A DNA stretch of 64,000 bases, from contig QPMI01000173.1 in NCBI GenBank assembly GCA_004431415.1, positions 1-64,000 of the forward strand. Direction: 5' to 3'. Within the stretch, counting starts at the first letter, position 1, and every line of letters starts with the position of its first letter. Of this stretch, positions 24,094-35,500 are shown piece by piece. The DNA is from Cyanophora paradoxa CCMP329 (Eukaryota; Plantae; Glaucophyta). The notes under the pieces are model-generated. The model saw only the letters and a list, made by a program, of their open reading frames with translations. It did not search any database and was not told the origin of the DNA. Position numbers and translations under genes: made by a program.

Positions 24094-27000
24094 TCAGGGG
24101 GATCCGGAGGGCGGCGGGAAGGGCGACTCGATGGTGCCCCTCGCGCTCGGCGGCGGGCCCGGGCCGGGCGGCCCCAGCACGGGGCTCCCCGGGGCGCGCA
24201 GGGCCCTGAGGGTCCCCCCGCGGGAGGCGGGGGGCGACGCGGATGCCGCGGCCTGGCGCGAGGGCGAGGAGGAGGCGGGGAGGGGGGGGTTGCGGGCGGA
24301 GCTCGAGCTCGAGGGGGGCCCGTAGAGCGCCGCCGCCGCCGCAAACGATGCGACCGCCGAGAGCGGCGCCACGCCCGCCGAGGGCCTGCACGCGCGGTAC
24401 GCGGCTCGCAAGGCGGCGCCGCGCGGGGAGCGGCGGGGGCCACTCACTTGCGGCCAGCCGAGGGTCTCAGGATGGGGCCGGCGGTGGGCGTCGAGGGGGA
24501 GGGGTCGATACGAGGGGTGCGGGGCGGGTCGACGGGGAGCAGAGCGGCGAGGAGTCCTCGGCGGAGGGACCCGGGCTGGAGTACGGCTACGGGGGCCCCC
24601 GCAGAGGCCGAGCCGGGGGGCCCGAGGAGCGGGGGCCCCGCGGGTGGGGCGCCGGGTGCGGGGGCGCGCAGTTGCGGTGCGCGCACGGGCGACTGAAGCG
24701 CGGGCGGGGGTGCGGGAGGGGCAGAGGGCGTGGGAGGGGCAGAGGGTGCGGGAAGGGCAGGGGGAAGGGCAGCGTCGTGTACGAGGCGCGGCGCTGAGGA
24801 CGACCCGAGGGGCTTCCGGGAGCGCGGGGGGGTGCCGCGCTCCTCGCCCGGAGGGCGGTGGAGAGCAGGGGAGCTGTGGGGGGCGGGGGTGAGGCGGGCG
24901 GGTGGAGACTGGAGGGGCGCAGAGCGCGCCTGACGTGCCCGTGGAGCGCCCCCCGCGAGCCCCCGCCCCGAGCCTCCGCCCCCGCCTGCCGCCCCGCACG
25001 CCCCGCCTGCCCCCCGCAAACCCTCCCCTCTGCACCCGAACCCGCAAAAAGGGCGTCCCTCTCCTCTTTCGCTCCCGGGCGGGCCACAAGCTGGGACCTG
25101 GGTTTGCGCGAGAGGTTGAGAGGAGGGGAAGGGGCGAGATGGGGGTACACGCCCACCGGTACGCCGCGAGCTCGCGGAGGAAGAACTTGAAATCGGGCCG
25201 CCTGTGGGGCAGAACCGGCGTCAGATGCTATTTGACGGGGGTACGCGGAGGCAGGTGGCGGGGGGAGGGGAGGGGCACCGAGAGGGGTCGCGCTCCCAGC
25301 AGAGCTCGGTGAGGCGGCGGAGGCGGGGCGGGCAGGAGGCGGGCAGCTCGAGGCGGCGGCCCTCCCTCAGAACCTGCGGAGCGTCGCGGCGAGCAAGGCG
25401 ACGGGCTGGAGCGAGGGCGCGGGGCGCGCGCCATGCGGACGATGTCCGCCCCCTCTACCCCGACCCACGGCAGCTGCGGTCCCGTCCCGTCAGCAGCTGG
25501 GGGGGAGGCCGAGGAGGGAGGGAAGGAGGGAGGGGAGGAGCAGAGGAGTACGGCGCGCCTGCTCGGAGACAAGCTCCCAAAGGAGTACCCCGAAGGACCA
25601 GACCTCGCTTGCCTCGCCGGGGGTACCCCCGCCCAGAACCTCCGGCGCTTGGGGGGAAAGGTGGGGGGGGGGCGGGGGCGGGGGGACAGAGGAGTAGGGT
25701 TGGCGGAGAGGCGAGGGGAGACGCGGGCTGCGAGCGCACCCATCCAGGCGTGCGTGCCGACGTTGCCCATCCCCGCGCCCCCGCCCGCCCCCACCTCGCC
25801 TCCCCCGGCAGCCTCCTGCAGCCGCGCACTCAGGGGCCCGGGGTGCGAGTGGAAGAGAGGGGGATGCAGCGCGCCTCGTCCCCCTCCTCGTCCTCTTCGG
25901 AGCCTCCGGCGGGGCGAAGGAGGCGCCTGTACCCCGCTCGCAGTGAGGGCGGCGAGGCCCCAAAGCTGCGCTTGAGAAGCTGCGCACCGCCTGGGGCGGG
26001 CGGGTGTGGGGCCGGGAGCCCCCGGCCGTGAGCGAGTCGCCAGCGTTCTCGCCAAGCCAAAGTCACCGAGCTTGGCTCTGCGTACCCCCGGCCGGACCGA
26101 ATCGGGTCGCAAGCGGCGCAGGAGCTGAGGTCCCAGGCACGTCCTTCCCCAGTGGGCCGCACCGGCCATCCGCAGCGATGAAAACGTTGAGCGACTTCAG
26201 GTCCTGCCCCGCGTTGTCATCAGCAGGGGTACGGGGAGAGGGAAGGCGGCTACGGGCTCGCCTGGTGGAGGACAGGCGGGTCGGCCCCCCCGCCGAGGAG
26301 GTACGCCTGCACCCAGGGAGGATCGGGCCAGCGCGGAGGTACGAGGGGGGTTACGCTCACCTCCGCGCGGCACACGTCGAGGGCGACCTCGACCTGCGGA
26401 GTACCCCGGCCCCGTCGATGCCGGCAACCCTGGGAGGAGGGGTACGCGCCTTGTAGAGGAGGGGCACGCGGCCAGCGCGCTCCCTCAGGAACGCCGCAAG
26501 GTCGCCCCTGCACCCCGCCCCGTCGGGGGAGAGGAGGGGGAGGAAGGGGGGAGGGGGGGGGGGGAGGCGGGGGGAGGGGGGGGGGAGGGGGGCTGCGCGG
26601 CGTGGAGGGGCACGGGGACGGGCCTGGGGAGGTACTCAACAGCGAGTATGGGGGACTCGAGGCCAGCGGCGGCCAGGGCCTCCGCCCGCCCGCACGCCCC
26701 GACCAGCCGCACCTGTACCCCCAACTCGAGAGGGGCCACGCGCAGAGCAGCGAGGAGGGCGCTCACCACATTCTCGTGCCGCAGCCGCCTGCAGGGGGGG
26801 GGGGAGGAGGAGGAGGGGGGAATAAGTGTCGGCGCGTGTGGGCAGCAGCGCATCCGAGAAAGACGGACCCCATGATGGCTGCCTCCTCGGCCAGGTGGGG
26901 GCCGAGGCGCTCGCGGTTAGGGGGGTCCACCATCTTCACCGCCACCTGCGGGAGCACCGGGCTCGGCGCGGCCGGCTGCGGGGGGCGCGTACCCCCTCGC

Positions 27001-28330
27001 GCACCTGGCGCCCGCGGTGCGTCGCGAGGAAGACGCCGCCGGAGCGGCTCCGGTGCAGGAGGCGCACGATCGTGACCTGCGCCCGCGCCCGGCCACGTCG
27101 CTGGCGGAGAGCGCGAAAAGCCCTCACGGGGGTACGCCCGCACCTCAGAGGGCTCGATCTCCGGAGAATCTGTTGGGGGTGGAACCAAGGGTAAGGGGAG
27201 AAGAGAGGGGGTATCGGTGGTGCCCATGGGGCTACGCCGGGGGCAGGGGAGGGGTACCGGAGGCGCCGGAGCGAAGGGCGCGCTCGAGGGCTTCCAGAGC
27301 CGTAGCCGTCCGCTCGTCCCCCTCCGCCAGGAGGTACCTGCAGGGTACAGAGTCGACCCTGGCTCACAGGACGCGGAGGCTTACGGGGACGAGGCGCGCC
27401 CGCGCGTCCGCTCGACGAGTCTGAGGCACTCGGCCGCGTCGCTCGCGTCCGCCATTCGATCCCGGTCCGCCCTCTGCGCAAGGGGAGGGAAAGGGAAGGG
27501 GGGAAGCGATTCAGAGAAGGGGGCAGAGGAGCGTGCGGGCGGTGGCGCGCCTGGAGGTGTGGCAGGCGGCGCTGCAGGGTCCTCCGGTCGAGGTCTGGGA
27601 GGAGGGAAGGCTTCGGTGGCGGGCGGGGGAGGACGGGGCGAGGGGCGCTCACCCTCGTTCTGCATGTCGGCGGAGGGATCGGAGAAGAGGACGGGCGGCA
27701 GCTGCGCGGGAGTCGGCGCGGCCGGTCGCGCGCGGCGCGGGGCGGGGGCGCCTGCGGCTCGCCGGCCTCGCGCAGGGCGCGAGCCCAGGCGTCGACACGC
27801 TCGCCGAGCCGAAGAATGGAGATCCCCTCGTGGTAGAATTTGATCGCCTGGACGTACCTGCGCGCGCGGAATTGAACGCCGGCGCGCCCCGCCCGAGCGC
27901 GGCCGTCACCACTCGTCGTCCCGTCGCGCAATCAGGAGAGCCTCGGCTTCCGATGCAAGCTGTGCCGCGGCCTCGACCGCCGGCGAGCTCGAAGCGCCCT
28001 CTATGGCGTCACTCGTCGATCGGAGGGTCCAAGCGGCGCGCGCCTGCAGCTGGGCCACCGTACGGCCCATCGCATCGAGCCGCCTGCGTACACACACCCG
28101 GTGAACGCTGCTACCCCGCGCACGGATGCGACGCACTTAGCGAGGGCGGAGAGCCGGAACTTGTTGACGTCCGAGCTTTGCCCGCTTCGTTTGAGCTCCG
28201 CTGCCACCTTCAACAGCGCGCGCGAGACGTCACCGTGCCTGGCGTTCGCGTTCAGCATCGCAGCCCGCGGCTGGACCCGCCGGACCGGCTTATTCGAATT
28301 CGAAGTCGCGCGCACCTCCCCATCGCTCAT
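24094..28330 (-). CDS. Tyrosine-kinase-like (TKL) protein kinase, non-RD type, with an N-terminal helical region; multi-exon, ends approximate
   Basis: VAVK, AEEAAIM, LRHENVV, VEYLP, HQDLKSLNV, AKLGDFGLAR, GTHAWMAPE, VWSFGVLLWEL..QLPW, CWERDPSRRPDF. Confidence 0.88.
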
Positions 28331-29594
28331 GGTACGAGTCAGCTCGCTCGCCGTGGCCGGCGCTAGCACAGCATCGATATCTACGGGTACAGCTACTATT
28401 TCGCTGAACGACTTGGAGCTCGCGATCGAGCTTGAACGCGACTTGAGCTTGACCTCCCAGCCCGGCTCAAGCCTTGGTTCAGCCTTGCAGTGGCTCAAGC
28501 TTAAGCACTTGACTCAGTGACGGCAAGCCGCAGGCCTACTTAACTCGGAAGCAGCGCGTGGCCCTGAGCTCGAGGCTGCGAGGAGCTCGAGATGCATATG
28601 CATGAGGAGCGGATCCGGACCCGGGAACTAGTACTCGACGACGCGCCGGCGCCACTACTGCGCTGCGCATGCGCATGCGCATGCATATGCTTGATCATGT
28701 TCAGAAAAAAATCGATTTTTTTGGTACGATGGCGAAGTGGCCAGGAAGGGGTCCGAAGGGCTTCTCCTTTCCTCAAGGCCGACTTGCCAGTTGCAATATT
28801 AATTGGAAAGAAATGCATTGATCATCGGATCACAAATATCATTATAGAGGATTCGAACTCTCGCTGCGGCCCAGGGCTGATACAGCTAGATGACGTCGAC
28901 ACGTGCACTGGGCGTGTGACATATATATAGTATAGAGCCGCTGGTACCGCGGCCGGTTATCATAGTATTCCGGATTTTCTGCTGATCATGATCCATGGCC
29001 AGATAAAACCTTGGTGCTCTTGAGAAGATCTACCGTACTGGGATAAACACAGCTTGCACTGCAGCTAAAGCTAGAGCTAACGAAAGTCCAATTCAATCAC
29101 TACATCCTTATAATATCAAAGGATCTAGATGAAACCGTTGAACTCTCATCATAGTATCAAATGGCGATGATCAATATCACGGCATGCGCACGCCATTGAA
29201 ATTGACCCTACTAGGCTAACAATCGCGTGGAGACCACTATAGCACATACATGTACATGCACTCATTATCTCAGAAAAGCAGAAAGCCAAGAGATCGATGG
29301 CTCGGCGAAAGAGTGAGAGCGAGGATAAACTGTTTTTGTAAACTGGTTACATATATAGCGCTGCTCATCATGGCATCTCAGAGAGCTCGAGAACATTAAG
29401 CTTGAATCCGAACAGCTTGAAAAACAAAACCCAAAGTGCCTGCTGGTGCTACCTTGAACAGCGTTAATGAAGCCGCCTTGGACGCGAAAAGATAAACGTA
29501 AGCTTCGATCAGTAGCTGATTTCGAATTCACGAGCCCGACGCTTGACTGGTACTCGGAGGAGCCTCGGAGGCCGTGGGAGGGGGAGCCTCATGA

Positions 29595-32500
29595 TCAGAG
29601 GAGGCTGGCGCCCAAGAGGAGGCGGCTCCTGTCGAGGAGCTCGCGGGCGGCCTGGGGGTCGGGCTCGCCCGCGGCGAGCTCCTCGAGGGCGCGGGCCTCC
29701 CAGGCGGCGAGGCCGGCCTCGCGGGCGGCGACGAGGGCGCGCAGGGCGAGGCGCGCGGCCGCCTCGGGGCGCCCCTCGAACTCGCGCTCCCAGACCGCCC
29801 GCTGCACCAGCGCCGCCGCCTCCAGCAGCCGCCGCTGCCCGCCCCGCCCCTGCTCCCCCTCCAGCAGCGCCAGCAGCCGCCCGTACTGGCCCCGCCGGCC
29901 CCGCATCGCCCCCGCCCGGCGGAGCTCCCACACGCTCGCCGCGCTCGAGCTCGGGCGCGCCGGCTGCTGCTTGGCGGGCGCCAGCTTGGAGAGCAGGCGG
30001 GAGAGCCAGGACCCGGGCCCGCCCGTCTGTTCCACGCCCGCTGGCCCCGCAGCCGATACGGGTGAAGCGGCCGACCCAACGTCGTCGGCGTGGCGGCGGT
30101 GGGAGAGGGCGACGGCGTCCTGAGGCGGGGTGAGGGGCCGGCGGGCCGGGGCGGGGCGGGGCGGGGCGGGGCGGGCCATGAGGGAGCAGAGGGCGAAGCA
30201 CTCGAGCGGCGCGTCGAGGCCGTCGCCGCCGCCGGCCGCCCTCAGGTACGACTCCGGCCCCTCCAGCGCCTCCTTCAGCGCCGCCTCCTCCGCCCCCGGC
30301 CCGCTCCCCGCCTGCCCACGCCCCGCCCCCCGCCCCGCCCGTCAGCTCCGCCCGCCGCGCTCGGAAGAGGCGCAGGGCGGCGACCTGGCAGACGGCGCGG
30401 GAGAGGAGGGCGGCGGCGGCGCGGCGCTCAACGAGCAGCCCCGTCTCGAAGACGAGGCGATTCGCCCTGCGGCCGCTTTGGTTCGGGTCCCGCCCGCCCC
30501 GGCTCGTCCCCGTGTCGCATGTCCTGCCGCCCCGCTCAGACGGACGACTCCCGAGGCATTCGCTTCCATATTCTGCAGAGCGTTGCGGGGAGCGGACCGA
30601 GCGAGGAGCATGGCGTTCTCGGTCGTTGAGACAGCCTCGGGCGCCAGGCTCGTCAGCATCTGAAGCTGCGCCCGCAGCTGCGAGCGCGAAGCGGAGTCAG
30701 AGAGGCGCTCGGCGCCGGCTCGGGCGGGGGCGGAGGGGCGGCACCAGGGCGGCCCAGCAGAGGTGCGGCTGGGAGGGCGCCGACGAGGCGAGCCACTTGA
30801 GCTCCCGCACCGCCTCGCTGCACTCCCGCAGCTTCCCGCCATCTGAGGCCACGTGAGATCGGCCCGCGGCGAAGAGGGCGAATTCCCCGCAGGGGAGAGC
30901 GAGAAGAGAGGGGTCGGGGTCTGGTCGCTGTGACGCACGGAAGAGGGCGACAGCTTCGATGAGGAGGAGCTCGAGGGCGCCGTGCGCGGTGTGCGAGAGC
31001 TGCCGCAGCGCCGGCCCCCCCGCTCAGGCAGGCAGCGCACGCCGGCGTGTCGGGGGAGGAGGGAGAAGAAGGGGGCGCACGTTCTGCGAGAGGAGGCGCC
31101 CCTGCCTGGCCGCCATGACGGCGCTCTCCACGCGCCCCCGCCCGACCGCCGCGCGCGCCTCGTCCTCCAGCACCGCCGCCTGAGCAGAGGGCGCCGGGCG
31201 TCAGCGTTTCCGAATCCGTTCGCAGGTATGCGAGCAATACTCATGCGACGCATTACTAAGAGCTTTGCACCTTGTGGAGCGTCTGTCGCTCCTTTTGGGT
31301 GGGCAGCACGTGCATCCAGTCCGTCACGAGCGCGCGGAGCCGCGCCGCCGCCGCCGCCGCGAGGCGGCCGCCGACCCACTCGAGGGCGGTGGCGGCGCGG
31401 GCGGCGGCCTCGGCGCGGCGCGCAACGTCGGCCTGCGGCGAGAGCATCGTCCACCGGGCGACCGCCACGCGCGCCGCCCGCGCGTTCTCCCCCGCGTGCC
31501 TGCCCCCCGCCCGGTCGCCGAAGCGAAGACGTCGACGCCTCAGGCGGGGCGCGTCGGGGGGGCGGACCGGAGGAGGCGCTCGTAGACGGCGAGGGCTTCG
31601 TCGCGGCAGTCCTCCTCCGTGAGCTCCCCGCCCCAGGTCGCCTCCCCGCGCTCACTCTCCGCCCCGCTCTCCCCCGCGTTGAGCGCTCCCGCCGTCTCCC
31701 ACGGGGCGGCGACGCCCTCGCTGAAGACCGTGCCGCCCCGCACGCTCCCGAAGATGCCGCCGCCCCGCACGCTCCCGAAGAGGTTGCCGGCGCGCACGCT
31801 CCCGAACATGCCGCCGTCGCGCACGCTGCTGAACGCGTTGCCGCCCCGCACGCTGGCGAACGCCGTCCCACCCCGCACGCTGCAGCCCCGCGTCAGCGCA
31901 CGCGAGGGGGGGGTTTGGAAGCTGTGGGAGAGGGGCGGCGGGCCTGTTGAAGAGGGCGCCCCCGCGTATGCTGCCGAAGGCGCTCTGCGAGGGGCGGCAG
32001 CCGAAGAGCCCCGAGCAGAGCGCCCCGCAGACCGCAGGGTCCAGGTCATCGGGTGCGACCGAGTTGCCCCTGCGCAGCGCCCGTGCGAGAGGCCATCAGA
32101 CCCGACAGCGCAAGATGAACGCAACGCAGCTCAAAGACGCACTGCGACCACGTGCGCGACGCGCGCGTGTGGGCGGAGGCGCAGGCCGCCGCCCGCAGGG
32201 ACAACTTGGCGAAGCTGACGAGCACGAACGATGAGAAGCAGCGGGGACGAGGAAAGGCGGAGTAAGGGTAGAGCCGGATGGCATTGCATATGTCCTCCAC
32301 GGAGGGGGCGCGTGTGCGGGGGCGGGGGCGGGGGCGCACCCGAGGCGCTGCATGAAGAGGGACTGGGCCTCGGCCTTGGCTGCCGGGGCGCCCCCGGGCC
32401 CCGCCGGCGACCTCGGCGACGTCGCTCCGCCCTGCCCGCGCCCCGCCTCAGCTCTCCGCGCGGCCCGGGGCCCTCGCGCGCGACGCTGCGGACCTGCTTC

Positions 32501-35500
32501 GGAGGAGCGCTCGCGGGCGACTTGCGCGCCCGCGGGACCGCCACGAGCTCCGCCGTGCGCGGCCACGTCTTCAGCGTCCTGCCCCCGACACTAAGCGGCG
32601 CTCGCCGTGGGCCTGCGCCAGGCGGGGCCGGCGGCGCACTGCTCGAGGACGGTGCGGGAGGAGAGAAGACGGCCGGAGAGGACGTAGACGCGGGCGAGCA
32701 GCACGGCGCGCATCACCACCTGCCCGAGCGCTCAGACGACGCTGCAGGCCCCGCGCCTCCCTCTCGCAGCCACCTGGCGCCGCCTGAGGGCGTTGGAGGT
32801 CGGGGCGGCAGGGCGCAGGGGGCCGTCCCCCGCCGCCACGCTCCGCGAGCGGGCGATGGCGAGCAGCTCCGCCATGATCCGCCCCTGCGCGATGCGCGGC
32901 GGTGAGACGCCGCCCACCGCACTCTTTCATCCTCTCCTTCAGATTCGCAGACGGCGTTCTGTGTGGCTGCTAATGGGGCGACGGGGGGCACCTGGCGGAC
33001 GCTGCCCTCCTCCGCCTCCGCGCCCCGCGAGACGGAGGCCCGCTTCTTCGTCGACGCCGCCGCCGCCGCGCCCTCGCCCTCGCCCTCCGCCCCGTCCTCT
33101 TTCGGCATCGGCCCGCCCAGCTGGACGGCGTCCTCGAGGGCGGCGATGGCCTTGGTGAGGGAGCCGGACTGTACGGCCGCCTGCCCCGCCACCGTCAGGA
33201 AGTGCACCGCCCGCTCCTTCACCCCCGCGCTGTTGAAGTGCGCCGCCAGCGCCGTCGCCGAGACGCCCATCTGCTCCCGCTCCGCCTGCCGAGGGGGCGG
33301 GGTCGGGGCCGGGGGCGGGGCGGGGGCGGGGCGGGGCGGGGCGGACGGGGGAGAGGGCCTCGAGGGCGGCGGCGGCGCGGAGGTGGAGGAGGCGGCGGCG
33401 CTCCTCGGTGAGGCGCGCGTAGAGGATGTCCCGCGTCGCCCCGTGCAGGAACCCGAACAGCCCGCCCCGCCCCGCCCCCTCCCCCGCGTCCCGCTCGAGG
33501 ATGTCCAGCCCGCTGCCGGCCGAGCCAACGCCAGGTCAGAGCGAGTTGGGAGGGCGGCGGGCGGAGCTGGCGGACCTGCCGACGGACGACGGCGCCCCGC
33601 CGCTGTTCCCCGCGACGGGCGAGTGCGCCGCCCCGGGCGAGGCCGCCGCGCCGTCCACCGTCATGGGCGAGCCGGCGCCGTTCTCCCGCTCCCGCGATCG
33701 ATCCCGATCCAGCTGAGCGGGGGCGGGCGCGACGGGCAAGGGCAGGGGCGACGCCCCGGGGCTTTGCCCGGTCAGCCCGCTTGCAATGCGCGGCGTCCCG
33801 CCGCCGAGCGGCGACTCCGACGCCGGGATCATCGACTGCGAGCGACGCTGCGGGACAGCTCGATCGTCAACGGGAGCGAGTCTACAGGGGAGACGCCATC
33901 AGAAGGGCAGAATGGGATGGGCGGACCCGGCGCCAGCCGAGGAGCGTGGCGGCGTCCTCGCCTCCGCCGCCGCCCGCCAGCAGGCTCGACTTGCGGCTCG
34001 GGACCTTCGGCTGCCGCTCCATGAGCCACCCGTTCTGCGTGTCGGCCGCGTGCGCGAGGGGGTCAGACATACACCGGGGGCCTGCAAGTTCAGCGCTAGA
34101 CGGCAGTGCGCACGTCGACGAGGGCGCGGATGCGCTCCGCGACGCGCGCGACGCTCTCCTCGCCCTCCTCGCTCGCCGGGAGGTCCGGCCCGCACACCGC
34201 CGCCGCGATTGGCACCTGGCCCCTCTCCGGTGAGGCACGCGCGCGCCGACTTGGGGCGGGGAGGGCGGGGGGCGCACGGAGAAGGCGCTGGAGAGGACGG
34301 AGAGGAGGCTGCAGACGAGGGCGTCCAGCGGGTCCATCCTGCCCGCCCCCGTCGCGATCGTCAGGGGCAGGCGGCCGCTCCGGCAGCTCCCGGGGCGCAC
34401 GCGTCGAGGCGGCTGAAGACGACCTTCTCGAACGAGTCGGGCAGCGCCGTCGTCGCCGCTGCGCGCCCCCGGAGCGCCCCCAGCGAGCGCGCGATCACCG
34501 CCTCGCCTGCGCCGCGCCGGGGCGCGCGTGAACGGCCGAGGCCGGGGGGGTGGGGGTGGTGGGGGGGGCGCGTGAACGGCCGAGGCGGGGGGAGGGGGGG
34601 GGGGGGGGGCGCGTGAACGGCCGAGGCGGGGGGGGGGGGGGGGGGGGGGGGGCGGGGCCGGGGACCGGTCTTGGTGGCGCCCAGCTGGGCGACCTCGGCG
34701 ACGTCCTCCGAGTCCAGCGACACGATCCGGCCCTGCGGCGCGCTGCAATGAGAGGGCGGGGCGGGGGGAGACGGCTCTCGTTGGCCTCGCCGCGGCGCGC
34801 CTTCGAGACGGTAATGGAGCGGTGCAGCATGAGGACCTCGAGCATGTCCAGCATGCGCCCCGGGTTGCCCCGCGCCTGCACGTGCAGCGTGTGCACCAGC
34901 CACTGCGCGGGCAGTTGGGATTGAATGCCTCAGCGACGAGGGCTCTATTTCCATGCCTTCTCGGGGGTGAGGCCGTCGGGGCTGCGGACGGGCCCCGCCT
35001 CGCCGGGCGGCGTCGAGAGGGCCGGCGCGGCGTCCTCCTCGTCGACGGAGGCGATGTCGAGGCCGATGGCCGCCGCCACGAGCGCCTCCGCATCCGCCTC
35101 CCCCATCGCCCCCAGCGGCAGCACCTGCCGCCGCTCGCAATGTTAGAGCTCGAAACGGAGTTCGTTCGTTCAGAGCCGGTTGCCGGCGTGCTGCGGTCGC
35201 AAGCGTCGCACGCGCCTCGGTGGAGGGGTGGGCGAGGATGCGGGAGCAGGCGGGCGACTCGGGGATGGTGCGGGCGGCGGTGGTGGCGAGGAAGGCGCAG
35301 GGGCCGCGCGGGAGGCGGTGCAGCTCCGCGAAGAGATCCAGCGACGCCCGGTCGAACCTGCGCGCCCCTGAGCCCCGCCCCCCGCAGCCGCTCGCGGTCG
35401 TGGAGCATCCCATGGCCAGCGCACTTGTCCACGTCTTCTAGAACGATGACCGTCTGAGCGGGGCCTCGTAAGCCGAAGGATCGGAGCCGAGACTGCGCGG

